NCBI RefSeq assembly: GCF_000146505.1
Contig: NC_017448.1
Location: 2,730,001-2,762,000, forward strand
Reading direction: 5' to 3'
DNA from: Fibrobacter succinogenes subsp. succinogenes S85
Lineage (GTDB): Bacteria; Fibrobacterota; Fibrobacteria; Fibrobacterales; Fibrobacteraceae
DNA length: 32,000 bases
Shown: positions 7,734 through 16,600 of the stretch, piece after piece
Numbering within the stretch: the stretch's first letter is position 1
Layout: the number at the start of each line of letters is the position of its first letter
Notes under the pieces: model-generated
Seen by the model: only the letters and a program-made list of their open reading frames with translations
What the model was told of the DNA's origin: nothing
Database searches by the model: none
Translations under genes and position numbers: made by a program

Positions 7734-9725
7734 TTACGAACCCCACTGGTAATCGCCGGCTTCATAGACTGGATTTTCTCCGTTGAAGCCGCGTGGGCGC
7801 TTGATTTTATCATCGAATAAAGTCTTATTGAAAATGCGGAAGTCGCCGCGTTCATAGCTCTGGAATGAAATATGACAGAAAATGGGGCCCGCCGGCATGT
7901 ATTCGCTGAAGCTCATGGTGCGTTCGCCCGCCGTGTAAAGGTAGTTGAAATACTTGCCGTTCAAAACGATGTGTAGCCCGATATTTCCGACGGTGAACCA
8001 GCGCCCTTTGGCGAGAATGTTTTCGTGGTGGGTGTCATCGTAGTCCATGACGACAAATTCTGCATCGCCGCTCTTGTCTAAGTGGAAACGGTACTTATGG
8101 TTTCCGCCGCAGCAACGCCCGTCGAAAAACCACGTGTATCCGCTTGCGGCTGCAATGCGCGGGTCGCGAACGCTTGTGTCGGGGTGGGCGAGTTGCTCGT
8201 CTGTGACGATGCGTTCGGGTTCTACAGCGGCGATAAGCTGTGCTAAAGTCTTGGGATTGCTTACGGTCGGGAGACTTACTTTATTCTTAGCTTCGCTTGC
8301 GGCTCGCCTGTACAGACGGTATGGAATGCCGTCATCGCTAATCATTGTGAGTTCATCTTCGCTGAACACGTAGTAAGCGTAAGTCTTTGTGCCGCTCTTG
8401 GTGACAACGTTAAAACTGCGGTTATTGAGCGTGTACCACAGCCCTGAAACATTCGGGAAGCCAGAAACTGCCGCAACACCATTTTCTCCGATAACGACAG
8501 TGTAGTCGTCGCTGATCCAGGCTTCGTCTGCGGTGGTAATCAAGCGGCAGTCGCGATTCTTGTCGCCTTGGCAGGTGGCTGCAGACGGATTTGCCGCTTC
8601 GCAGGGGCTTACCATTCCCGGCGGGAGTTCCGTAGACATGCCTAGTCTAAAGCCCATGTCTGCGGCGCCATCGCGGCTGCGGATGGCGCGACGGCTCACT
8701 CGCGCAAAATCCGCGGGCTCGCCGTAACTCCCGCCTCTTCGCGTCTTGTTGCCACTTCCTGTGAGCTGTACTGGATTTACCTTGTCTGCGTCCGTGTAGG
8801 CTACGAGCCAATCGTAGACCCATTCCCACGAGTTGCCGCTCATGTCGTAAAGTCCAAGCTTGTTTGGTTTCTTAGTGGCAACATCGTGTGATTTTCCGCC
8901 GCTGTTTTCGGAATACCATGCCACATCATCGACGTTGTTACTACCTGAAAATTTAAACTTGTCTGCAATTCCGTCTTTGCCACCGCGGGCCGCAAATTCC
9001 CATTCGGCATCGGTCAACAGTCGGTACTGTCTCCCTGTTTTTTGCCCAAGCTTGCAGGCGTAATTGTTGGCGTCAAACCAGCTCACGCCGATTTTGGGAG
9101 CTTTGTCCGATTCCCATGCATTTTTTTTCCCGCCCATGACGGCGTTCCATTGGGCTATCGTTACTTCGGTTGGTGCGATATGGTATTCGTTAACTGTTAC
9201 TTTATGCGAAGGTGTTTCGTAAATTTTATCAGGCTCGGCGCAGTTGTCGCAGCCGCGCGTGTAAGTGCCGCCAGCCACATAGACCATGTTGAAGGCAACT
9301 CCGTTTACCGTGTCTGCAAAATTTGCGGGTGAAGTATAAACAAAGGAACTCTCGCTAGAACTGGAATTTGCATGTGCACTAGAGGAGTTCCCTTGCTCGA
9401 TTCCCGAAGAAGAACTTCTGTGCGGATGCACGCTTGAAGAGCTTTTGACTGAGCCCGAGGAACTCCCTTGCATTCTGGAAGACGTTGCCGAATTCCCCGC
9501 TGAAGACTCCGCTCCTGAAGAAATCAAATCCCCGGATGACGAAGAACCGCCTGCGTTCCCTGTAAAACTGGAACTGGACGAAATTCCAAAATCATCTGTA
9601 ACGGAAGAAAGATTACTGTTTTCTCCGGAGACTCCGTTGTCCGAAGAATCCGAGCACCCTATGAACATCCCCACTGCGCAACAACACGCAGCATATACAC
9701 CCGAGGAAAGTATGCGCATATGCAC
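7734..9725 (-). CDS. FGE-sulfatase/SUMF1-like domain lipoprotein with an unassigned ~300-aa C-terminal domain
   Basis: Lipobox FIGC and a Ser-rich linker. FGE-family motifs follow: GGTYTRGC, HKVTVNEYHIAPTEVT, DAEWEFAARGG, LYDMSGNSWEWVYDW, RRGGSY and GFRL. Confidence 0.8.
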   Translation of the reverse strand: MHMRILSSGVYAACCCAVGMFIGCSDSSDNGVSGENSNLSSVTDDFGISSSSSFTGNAGGSSSSGDLISSGAESSAGNSATSSRMQGSSSGSVKSSSSVHPHRSSSSGIEQGNSSSAHANSSSSESSFVYTSPANFADTVNGVAFNMVYVAGGTYTRGCDNCAEPDKIYETPSHKVTVNEYHIAPTEVTIAQWNAVMGGKKNAWESDKAPKIGVSWFDANNYACKLGQKTGRQYRLLTDAEWEFAARGGKDGIADKFKFSGSNNVDDVAWYSENSGGKSHDVATKKPNKLGLYDMSGNSWEWVYDWLVAYTDADKVNPVQLTGSGNKTRRGGSYGEPADFARVSRRAIRSRDGAADMGFRLGMSTELPPGMVSPCEAANPSAATCQGDKNRDCRLITTADEAWISDDYTVVIGENGVAAVSGFPNVSGLWYTLNNRSFNVVTKSGTKTYAYYVFSEDELTMISDDGIPYRLYRRAASEAKNKVSLPTVSNPKTLAQLIAAVEPERIVTDEQLAHPDTSVRDPRIAAASGYTWFFDGRCCGGNHKYRFHLDKSGDAEFVVMDYDDTHHENILAKGRWFTVGNIGLHIVLNGKYFNYLYTAGERTMSFSEYMPAGPIFCHISFQSYERGDFRIFNKTLFDDKIKRPRGFNGENPVYEAGDYQWGS

Positions 9726-9876
9726 CTCCTTCGAGCAAACCTAACCCAGTAAAAATATACCCTAAAAATTTTCTTTGGAATGTAAATTGTTGTAAGCGTT
9801 TTTTTTGGAGCGGAGCTGTAAATGAAAATTATTATTCTATCTTTATAAAAAAGCTTGCAATTATCGAGGTTTTTAA

Positions 9877-11025
9877 ATGAAAAACGTAGTTCTCCTGGGT
9901 GCCACCGGTTCTATCGGAACCTCTAGCGTTGATGTCATTCAACAGCATTCTGATTTGTTCCACCTTTATGCCGTGGCTGCAAATAGCAGCGTGAACAAGG
10001 TTGCAGAAATCGTGCGCAAGTACAATGTCGAACGTGTTTGCATGTTCAACGAAGTCGCCGCAAAAGAACTCGAAATCGTGCTTGGCCGAAAGGTCCTTGT
10101 CGGCATGGAAGGCCTCTGTGAACTCGCTGCCGACCCGAAGGCGGACATCATCATTAACGCCTTGATGGGTGCTGTGGGCTGCCTCCCGACGATTACGGCG
10201 ATTGAACATGGCAAGCATGTCGCCCTCGCAAATAAGGAAACGATGGTGATGGCAGGCCCGGTCATTTGGGACAAGCTTGCAGAAAATCCGAAGTCTTTCA
10301 TCACGCCGATCGACTCTGAACACAGTGCCATTTTCCAGTGCCTCGAAGGTGGCAAGCGCGAATCCGAAGTCGAATTCCTCGAAATCACGGCTTCGGGTGG
10401 TCCATTCCGCGAATGGCCGATTGAAAAGTTTGAAAAAATCACTGTCGCCGACGCCTTGAATCACCCGGTGTGGAGCATGGGCAAGAAGATTACGATCGAC
10501 TCTGCTTCCATGATGAACAAGGGTCTTGAAGTGCTTGAAGCTCACTTCTTGTTCCACATTCCGTATGACCAGATCAAGGTTGTGGTTCACCCGCAGTCCA
10601 TGGTGCATTCGCTTGTACAGTTCCGCGATGGTTCTTTGATGGCCCAGCTTGGCGCTCCCGACATGCGCATCCCGATTCAGGTGGCGCTCACGTGGCCTGA
10701 CCGTCTCAAGCTTGAAACCAAGCGCCTCGACTTGCCTACGCTTGCAAAGCTCACGTTCTTCGAACCGGACTTCAATAAGTTCCGTTGCCTCGCTCTCGCC
10801 TTTGAAGCAGGCCGCCGTGGCGGTATCGTGCCTTCGATGATGAACGCCGCAAACGAAGTTCTCGTGGACCGTTTCCTCAAGGGTAACCTCAAGTTCACCG
10901 ATATCCCGAAGTACGTGGAAATGGTGATGGAAAAGGCCCCGAACGTGACTGGTCATCTTTCGCTTGAACAGGTGCTCGAAGCCGACAAGGAAGCCCGCCT
11001 CATGACGGAAGGCTTCTTGAAGTAA
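9877..11025 (+). CDS. dxr: 1-deoxy-D-xylulose-5-phosphate reductoisomerase
   Basis: 382 aa. Motifs VVLLGATGSIGTSS (NADPH site), PIDSEHSAIFQC and NHPVWSMGKKITIDSASMMNKGLEVLEA. Confidence 0.95.
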   Translation: MKNVVLLGATGSIGTSSVDVIQQHSDLFHLYAVAANSSVNKVAEIVRKYNVERVCMFNEVAAKELEIVLGRKVLVGMEGLCELAADPKADIIINALMGAVGCLPTITAIEHGKHVALANKETMVMAGPVIWDKLAENPKSFITPIDSEHSAIFQCLEGGKRESEVEFLEITASGGPFREWPIEKFEKITVADALNHPVWSMGKKITIDSASMMNKGLEVLEAHFLFHIPYDQIKVVVHPQSMVHSLVQFRDGSLMAQLGAPDMRIPIQVALTWPDRLKLETKRLDLPTLAKLTFFEPDFNKFRCLALAFEAGRRGGIVPSMMNAANEVLVDRFLKGNLKFTDIPKYVEMVMEKAPNVTGHLSLEQVLEADKEARLMTEGFLK

Positions 11026-11064
11026 GCTGGTCACAAACTAGTTGTAAAGTTCAACAATGGAAAT

Positions 11065-11094
11065 GAAGCTCCGCTTTTTCGCGGGGCTTTTATT
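11065..11094 (+). terminator. Rho-independent terminator after dxr
   Basis: GAAGCTCCGC-TTTTTC-GCGGGGCTT followed by TTATT. Confidence 0.55.
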
Positions 11095-11150
11095 GTATAT
11101 AAATTTATTATAGCTGGTTCCTGTGTTAGGGGCAGTTGATTGGAGTGTGT

Positions 11151-12338
11151 ATGAAAAAGATGACAATGGCGGTATGCATTGCCGCTGTTTCTGCGTTCGC
11201 TCAATGGGGCGGCGGTGGTCTCGGGGGAGGTGGCTTTGGTGGCCCGCAAACCGGCAACAGTAAGATGGAGTACTCTGAAAAGTTTGCCGATGTGAATTAT
11301 GTGGGTGATGGCAAAGTCTACCATACGCTGGATATTTACTTGCCCAAGGAGAGCAAGGATTCGTATCCGGTCGTAATCCACACTTACGGTAGTGCCTGGA
11401 GCATGAACAATTCCAAGGGTTCTGCGGACTTGAACACTATCTGCGCGGCTCTCCTCAAGGCGGGCTATGCTGTGGTCACTCCGAATCACCGTTCCGCGAG
11501 CGATGCGGTTTACCCGGCGCAGTTGCATGACCTCAAGGCTGTGGTGCGTTTTGTCCGTGGTAATGCCGCCAAGTACAAGTTTGACACGAACTTTGTGGCT
11601 GTGTCTGGATTTTCGTCGGGCGGTCACTTGTCCAGTCTAGTGGCAACGACCTGTGGCTTGAAAGAAGGCAAATCCGGCTCGGTGACGGTAGACCTGGTGG
11701 GCGATTTAGGCGAATTTAATTCGTTCAGCAGTTGCATTGATGCGGCGACGCTGTGGTCTCCGCCGACGGATATTTACACGATGAACCCGATTAACAATTT
11801 CATGGGATCGGGGACTTATGAGGGCGCTTTTATTGGTGCAGAACGTGAGGGAAATAAAGATAAATGGATGGTGGCGAGTTCGCCATATTACGCAAGTGAC
11901 GACGATCCGCCGATTATCCTTTTTCACGGGACTTCCGACCAGATTGTGAATAAGGAACAGAGCGAGGAACTTTACGATTCCCTCAAGGCTCATAACGTTG
12001 TGACGGAACTTGTCTCGGTGTCGGGCGGCACGCACGGCGGAAACGAAATGTATGTTGATGCGAACCTTGATAAGATGGTCAAGTTCTTTGATACGGCACG
12101 CGAGGCGAAGGCCGCAAAAGTCCCCAAGGAGGATCCTCCCAAAATAGATTCCACGTTGGCGTTGCGTATTCCGCACGTTTTTGCGGAGCCCGAGTCTTAT
12201 TGCGTTTACACCCTCAAAGGAACGCTCGTCATGAAATCTACGATGTTTGATGGTTCCCGTTTAAAACCCGGTGCTTATTATATTGTCGCTTTGACCTCAA
12301 AAGGTGTGCGTCGCACGTTCGGCTTCGTAAAACGTTGA
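11151..12338 (+). CDS. Secreted alpha/beta-hydrolase esterase (possible carbohydrate esterase) with a C-terminal sorting-like domain
   Basis: The ATG at 11151 gives MKKMTMAVCIAAVSAFA (signal peptide). Nucleophile elbow GFSSGGH, then FHGTSDQIV and GGTHGG as candidate Asp/His of the triad. The last ~55 aa (SYCVYTLKGTLVMKSTMFDGSRLKPGAYYIVALTSKGVRRTFGFVKR) resemble a T9SS-type C-terminal domain. Confidence 0.75.
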   Translation: MKKMTMAVCIAAVSAFAQWGGGGLGGGGFGGPQTGNSKMEYSEKFADVNYVGDGKVYHTLDIYLPKESKDSYPVVIHTYGSAWSMNNSKGSADLNTICAALLKAGYAVVTPNHRSASDAVYPAQLHDLKAVVRFVRGNAAKYKFDTNFVAVSGFSSGGHLSSLVATTCGLKEGKSGSVTVDLVGDLGEFNSFSSCIDAATLWSPPTDIYTMNPINNFMGSGTYEGAFIGAEREGNKDKWMVASSPYYASDDDPPIILFHGTSDQIVNKEQSEELYDSLKAHNVVTELVSVSGGTHGGNEMYVDANLDKMVKFFDTAREAKAAKVPKEDPPKIDSTLALRIPHVFAEPESYCVYTLKGTLVMKSTMFDGSRLKPGAYYIVALTSKGVRRTFGFVKR

Positions 12339-12381
12339 TAACGAATAGTTTGCGATTTCGCACATTGGGTACAGTTGTAAC

Positions 12382-12419
12382 CAGATTGCTCAATAAAAGT
12401 TGGGCAATCTGTTTTTTTT
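12382..12419 (+). terminator. Rho-independent terminator after the esterase gene
   Basis: CAGATTGC...GCAATCTG stem followed by T8. Confidence 0.7.
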
Positions 12420-12459
12420 AGGGTAGATTATATACTGTGAAAATGGAAAGGAGTGTCTT

Positions 12460-14322
12460 ATGAAGCTCAATTTTGGCTTAAAACAGTATATCCCCCTCGC
12501 CGCTACGGTACTTTCGCTTGCTACGGTGGCGAATGCTGCGACTGCCTATATCAACCAAATCGGTTACCGTCCGGCAGACCCGAAGGAATTTGCGCTTGTC
12601 GATGGCTCGGGCGATATCGAGATTGTCAATGCCGCTGGCCAGACGGTGCTTCAGGTGACTCCGAAGGCTTCTTCTTATTGGGCTCCGAGCACCCAGAATG
12701 TTCAGCTTGTTGATTTTACGGCATTGACTGTTCCCGGAACTTATTCCATCAAGCAGGGCGGCCAGGTGCTGCGTTCTGACTTGAAGATTGCCGACAAGAC
12801 TTTTGAAGATGTCACAAAGGCGGCACTTAAGTGGTATTATTACCAGCGTGCCTCCATGGAACTGGAAGAACAGTATGCGGGACAGTGGAAACGTGCTGCC
12901 GGCCATACGAATTCGACGGTGACGCTCCATAATTCTACAGGTACTTCGGGTACGATTCAATCGAGCAAGGGCTGGTACGATGCTGGTGACTATGGCCGTT
13001 ATATCGTGAACTCGGGTATTACGACTTACACGCTCCTTTCGCTTTACGAACATTTTCCGGAATATTTCAATACGCTCAAGTGGAACATCCCGGCCGAAGG
13101 GACTTTGCCGGATTTGCTTGCCGAAATCAAGTACAATCTTGACTGGATGCTTACGATGCAGGCTGCAGATGGTGGCGTTTACCACAAGCTTTCGACGCTC
13201 CAGTTCCCAGGCGACGTGATGCCTGCGAAGGATACAGAAAAGCTTTATGTGATTGGTAAGGGAACCGCGGCTTCGTTTGACTTTGCTGGTGTGATGGCTA
13301 CTACATATCGTGTATTCAAGACGTTCGATGCGACTTATGCAGCCCAGTGCCTTGAGGCGGCCAAGAAGGCTTATGCCTGGGGCCTCCAGAATCCGAACAA
13401 GGCTTTTACCAACCCGTCTGATGTTGCTACAGGTTCCTATAGCGATGGAGAACTTTCCGATGAAAAGGCTTTTGCGAGCATGGAGCTGTTCATTTCCACG
13501 GGGGATGCTTCTTATAAGCCGACAATCGACCCAAACAAGATGAGTATTGTTCCGGCTTGGCCCGAAATGTATGGTCTTGCGGTTTATGCCGCTGCTACCC
13601 ACGCTACAGAAGTTGGGGCTGATGCCGAAACGGCTAAGCAGATGCTCTTGCAATATGCTAATGAATTTGCCTATGCTGCGTCGTCTGGTTTTGGTGTTGT
13701 GATGTCGAATGAAGACTTTGTCTGGGGCTCCAATGCTGTTGCCGGTAACCAAGGCGTGTTCCTTCTTTACGCTTATTACGTCACGGGCGAACAGAAGTAT
13801 TACGAAGCAGCCAAGAAGGTCATTGACTACCTGCTTGGCAAAAACCCGCTCGATATGTCTTTCTTGACTGGCTTTGGAACGAAGTCTCCGAAGCTTCCGC
13901 ACCACCGTCCGAGTACGGCTGATAAGATCACGGACCCTGTGCCGGGTATGATTGTGGGCGGTCCGCAGCCGGGTGGTGAAGATATCGGTTCCAAGTCTTG
14001 GGAATGCAAGGATTATAGAACGGGTGTCCCAGCGACATCTTACACGGATAATCGTTGCAGCTACGCCACGAACGAAGTCGCTATCAACTGGAATGCTCCG
14101 TTTGCATACATTGCGGGCGCTCTCGAAGCTTTGAACGCAGGCTATGCTCCGTCTTTTGCAGCACCGGGTGTTGCGAAGGGTGGTACTTCGGCAATCAAGC
14201 CTGTTGTTTCCAGAAATCGTGGTAAGGTTGAACATGCACCGCGTCTTCGCTTTGACGACCAGAAGGTGTTCATCGAAAAGAGCGGCAAGCGCTTTGACCT
14301 CAAGGGCAACCATCTGAAGTAA
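12460..14322 (+). CDS. Glycoside hydrolase family 9 endoglucanase (upstream tandem copy)
   Basis: Signal peptide and an Ig-like N-terminal segment (AYINQIGYRP). GH9 signatures GWYDAGDYGRY, PHHRPS and SYATNEVAINWNAP. Short basic tail PRLRFDDQKVFIEKSGKRFDLKGNHLK. It may correspond to one of the adjacent celE/celD GH9 genes described in Fibrobacter succinogenes S85 (from memory, unverified). Confidence 0.93.
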   Translation: MKLNFGLKQYIPLAATVLSLATVANAATAYINQIGYRPADPKEFALVDGSGDIEIVNAAGQTVLQVTPKASSYWAPSTQNVQLVDFTALTVPGTYSIKQGGQVLRSDLKIADKTFEDVTKAALKWYYYQRASMELEEQYAGQWKRAAGHTNSTVTLHNSTGTSGTIQSSKGWYDAGDYGRYIVNSGITTYTLLSLYEHFPEYFNTLKWNIPAEGTLPDLLAEIKYNLDWMLTMQAADGGVYHKLSTLQFPGDVMPAKDTEKLYVIGKGTAASFDFAGVMATTYRVFKTFDATYAAQCLEAAKKAYAWGLQNPNKAFTNPSDVATGSYSDGELSDEKAFASMELFISTGDASYKPTIDPNKMSIVPAWPEMYGLAVYAAATHATEVGADAETAKQMLLQYANEFAYAASSGFGVVMSNEDFVWGSNAVAGNQGVFLLYAYYVTGEQKYYEAAKKVIDYLLGKNPLDMSFLTGFGTKSPKLPHHRPSTADKITDPVPGMIVGGPQPGGEDIGSKSWECKDYRTGVPATSYTDNRCSYATNEVAINWNAPFAYIAGALEALNAGYAPSFAAPGVAKGGTSAIKPVVSRNRGKVEHAPRLRFDDQKVFIEKSGKRFDLKGNHLK

Positions 14323-14368
14323 TGCCCTCGAAAACGAACCTCAAAAATCCATATTCATAGAATGCAGA

Positions 14369-14397
14369 AACGGCGCCCCTCCCGGGACGCCGTTTTT
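14369..14397 (+). terminator. Rho-independent terminator after the first GH9 gene
   Basis: AACGGCGCCCC-TCCC-GGGACGCCGTT followed by TTT. It is preceded by CATATTCATAGAATGCA, which is also found after the second GH9 gene. Confidence 0.7.
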
Positions 14398-14400
14398 CAC

Positions 14401-14430
14401 GTCATCCTGGAGCGTAGCGACGGGATCCAT
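14401..14430. repeat. GTCAT...hairpin element (degenerate member)
   Basis: GTCATCCTG-GAGCGTAGCGA-CGGGATCCAT: stem ATCCTG/CGGGAT (one G-U pair) with a GAGCG.AGCGA-type loop, placed 4 nt after the terminator. Confidence 0.5.
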
Positions 14431-14545
14431 AATTTCTTGTCAAACACTTGCAACACTTTTCTTTAAAATGATGTTTGCACGGGTAGAAAATGTGCTTGAA
14501 CGGCTCTATATTATATGAGCTAAAACTTGCACTTTTTAAGTGAGG

Positions 14546-16543
14546 ATGTTTGTGAAGAATCATGCGTTAAAGTCCGTAGCGCTTGCCGCGCTCGTCGCAG
14601 CCCCAGCTTTCGCAGCGACTGCCTACATCAACCAGATCGGCTACCGTCCGGGCGACTTCAAGGAACTCGCCTTGGTTGATGCAAACGGCAGCGTGGATTT
14701 CGTGAATGCCGCCGGCCAGGTCGTTCTCTCCGTGACGCCGAAGGCCGCTTCTTACTGGGATGCGAGCGGTCAGAATGTCCAGCTCGTCGATTTCTCCAAG
14801 CTTGCTGAAGCGGGCAAGTACAGCATCAAGGTAAACGGCAACGTGCTCCGTTCTGATCTCGTCGTGAAATCCCAGACGTACGAAGATATCGTCAAGGCTT
14901 CCATCAAGTGGTTCTACTACCAGCGCGCTTCCATGGCTCTCGAAAGCCAGTATGCAGGCAAGTGGGCCCGCGCAGCCGGACACACGAATCCGACCGCCGA
15001 ACTTCACAATTCTACGGGTGCTTCGGGTACGATCAATTCCAGCAAGGGCTGGTACGATGCTGGCGACTACGGTCGTTACATTGTGAATTCGGGCATCACG
15101 ACCTACACGCTCCTCTCTCTTTACGAACACTTCCCGCAGTATTTCAAAACGCTCAAGTGGAACATTCCGGCCGAAGGCTCCCTCCCGGATTTGCTTGCCG
15201 AAATCAAGTACAATCTCGACTGGATGCTCACCATGCAGGCGTCCGATGGCGGCGTCTACCACAAGCTCACTTCTCTCGGCTTCCCGGGCGATGTGATGCC
15301 GGCTGCCGACAATTCCAAGCTTTATGCAATCGGTAAGAGCACGGCGGGTACGTTTGACTTTGCTGCCGTGATGGCTATGGCTTCCCGCATTTACAAGCCG
15401 TTCGACGCCACTTACGCTTCCAAGTGTCTTGAAGCCGCTAAAAAAGCTTACGCTTGGGGCCAGCAGAACCCGAGCCGCAACTATCTCGCTAATCCGTCGG
15501 ATGTCTCGACGGGTGCCTACGAAAACGACAATCCGAACGACGAAAAGGTTCTTGCCGGGACAGAACTCTTCATCACGACGGGTGATGCTTCTTACAAGCA
15601 GTCCGGCTCTTCGGAATACGTCTCTTACTGGGGCGATGTCATGGGCCTTGCCACGTACGAAAAGGCTACGCATCAGGCGCAATTTGGTGGCGATGCAAAC
15701 GAAGCTAAGCAGAAAATCTTGGGCACGGCAGACAACTTTGCTAACCGCGCCGAAAAAGGCTTTGGCGTCGTGATGGCAAAGGATGACTTTGTATGGGGTT
15801 CCAATGCGGTTGCCTCCAATCAGGGCGTTTGGCTGTTGCATGCCTACTACCTCACGGGCGAACAGAAGTATTACAAGGCTGCCGTCAAGGTTCTTGATTA
15901 CTTGCTCGGCAAGAACCCGCTTGACATGTCTTTCGTGACGGGTTACGGCTCCAAGTCTCCGAAAATGCCGCACCACCGCCCGAGTACTTCGGATAACATA
16001 GAAGAACCGATCCCGGGTATGCTTGTGGGTGGCCCGCAGCCTGGCGGCGAAGACGTTGGTTCTGCCGCCGAATGGAAGTGTGCCGATTACCGCACGGGTC
16101 AGGCCGCTACCGCTTACACCGATCAGCACTGCAGCTATGCTACGAACGAAGTCGCTATCAACTGGAACGCTCCGCTCGCATATCTCGCTGGCGCTATCGA
16201 AGCTATCAACTCCGGCTATGCTCCGGAATTTGCCGCCGCAGGCGTTGCAAAACAGGATGTACCTGCATCGAGCTCTTCCGAAGCTCCCGCAAGCTCTTCT
16301 TCGAGCGTTCCGCAGAGTTCCTCCTCTGAAGTTGCAAGTAGTTCTTCCGCGATTTCTGGCAATTCCTCTTCTTCTGAGACGGTCGCAAGTTCCTCTAGCT
16401 CTCAGGGCACGATTGCAATTCACGCTCCGGTCGAATCTAGAATGATGCGCTCAACTCAGCCGCGTCTCCGCTTCGATGACCAAAAAGTCTTCATTGAAAA
16501 GAACGGCAAGCGCTTTGACCTCAAGGGCCATCGCATTAAGTAA
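14546..16543 (+). CDS. Glycoside hydrolase family 9 endoglucanase (downstream tandem copy, with a Ser-rich linker)
   Basis: Paralog of 12460..14322 with the same motifs (GWYDAGDYGRY, PHHRPS, SYATNEVAINWNAP). A poly-Ser linker is encoded at about 16262-16407, before the tail PRLRFDDQKVFIEKNGKRFDLKGHRIK. The start is ambiguous: GTG 14540, ATG 14546, or GTG 14552. The last aligns with the paralog's MK... start. Confidence 0.93.
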   Translation: MFVKNHALKSVALAALVAAPAFAATAYINQIGYRPGDFKELALVDANGSVDFVNAAGQVVLSVTPKAASYWDASGQNVQLVDFSKLAEAGKYSIKVNGNVLRSDLVVKSQTYEDIVKASIKWFYYQRASMALESQYAGKWARAAGHTNPTAELHNSTGASGTINSSKGWYDAGDYGRYIVNSGITTYTLLSLYEHFPQYFKTLKWNIPAEGSLPDLLAEIKYNLDWMLTMQASDGGVYHKLTSLGFPGDVMPAADNSKLYAIGKSTAGTFDFAAVMAMASRIYKPFDATYASKCLEAAKKAYAWGQQNPSRNYLANPSDVSTGAYENDNPNDEKVLAGTELFITTGDASYKQSGSSEYVSYWGDVMGLATYEKATHQAQFGGDANEAKQKILGTADNFANRAEKGFGVVMAKDDFVWGSNAVASNQGVWLLHAYYLTGEQKYYKAAVKVLDYLLGKNPLDMSFVTGYGSKSPKMPHHRPSTSDNIEEPIPGMLVGGPQPGGEDVGSAAEWKCADYRTGQAATAYTDQHCSYATNEVAINWNAPLAYLAGAIEAINSGYAPEFAAAGVAKQDVPASSSSEAPASSSSSVPQSSSSEVASSSSAISGNSSSSETVASSSSSQGTIAIHAPVESRMMRSTQPRLRFDDQKVFIEKNGKRFDLKGHRIK

Positions 16544-16568
16544 ATTCTCTCATATTCATAGAATGCAA

Positions 16569-16598
16569 AACGGTGCTCCATTCGGGGCGCCGTTTTTT
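16569..16598 (+). terminator. Rho-independent terminator after the second GH9 gene
   Basis: ACGGTGCTCC-ATTC-GGGGCGCCGT (with G-U pairs) followed by TTTTT. Confidence 0.7.
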
Positions 16599-16600
16599 GT

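Noticed and set aside
12478-14313. 611-aa minus-strand ORF covering the first GH9 gene, with similar long antisense ORFs at 14567..16423, 9832..11034, 26833..28578, 1414..2178, 4379..4951, 5694..6428, 16734..17774 and 28995..29786
   Set aside because: Each is in exact codon register with a well-supported sense gene. Their translations are low-complexity and Arg/His/Val-rich, with no recognisable motifs. They are explained by the sense genes avoiding TTA/CTA/TCA codons. They are shadow ORFs, not genes.
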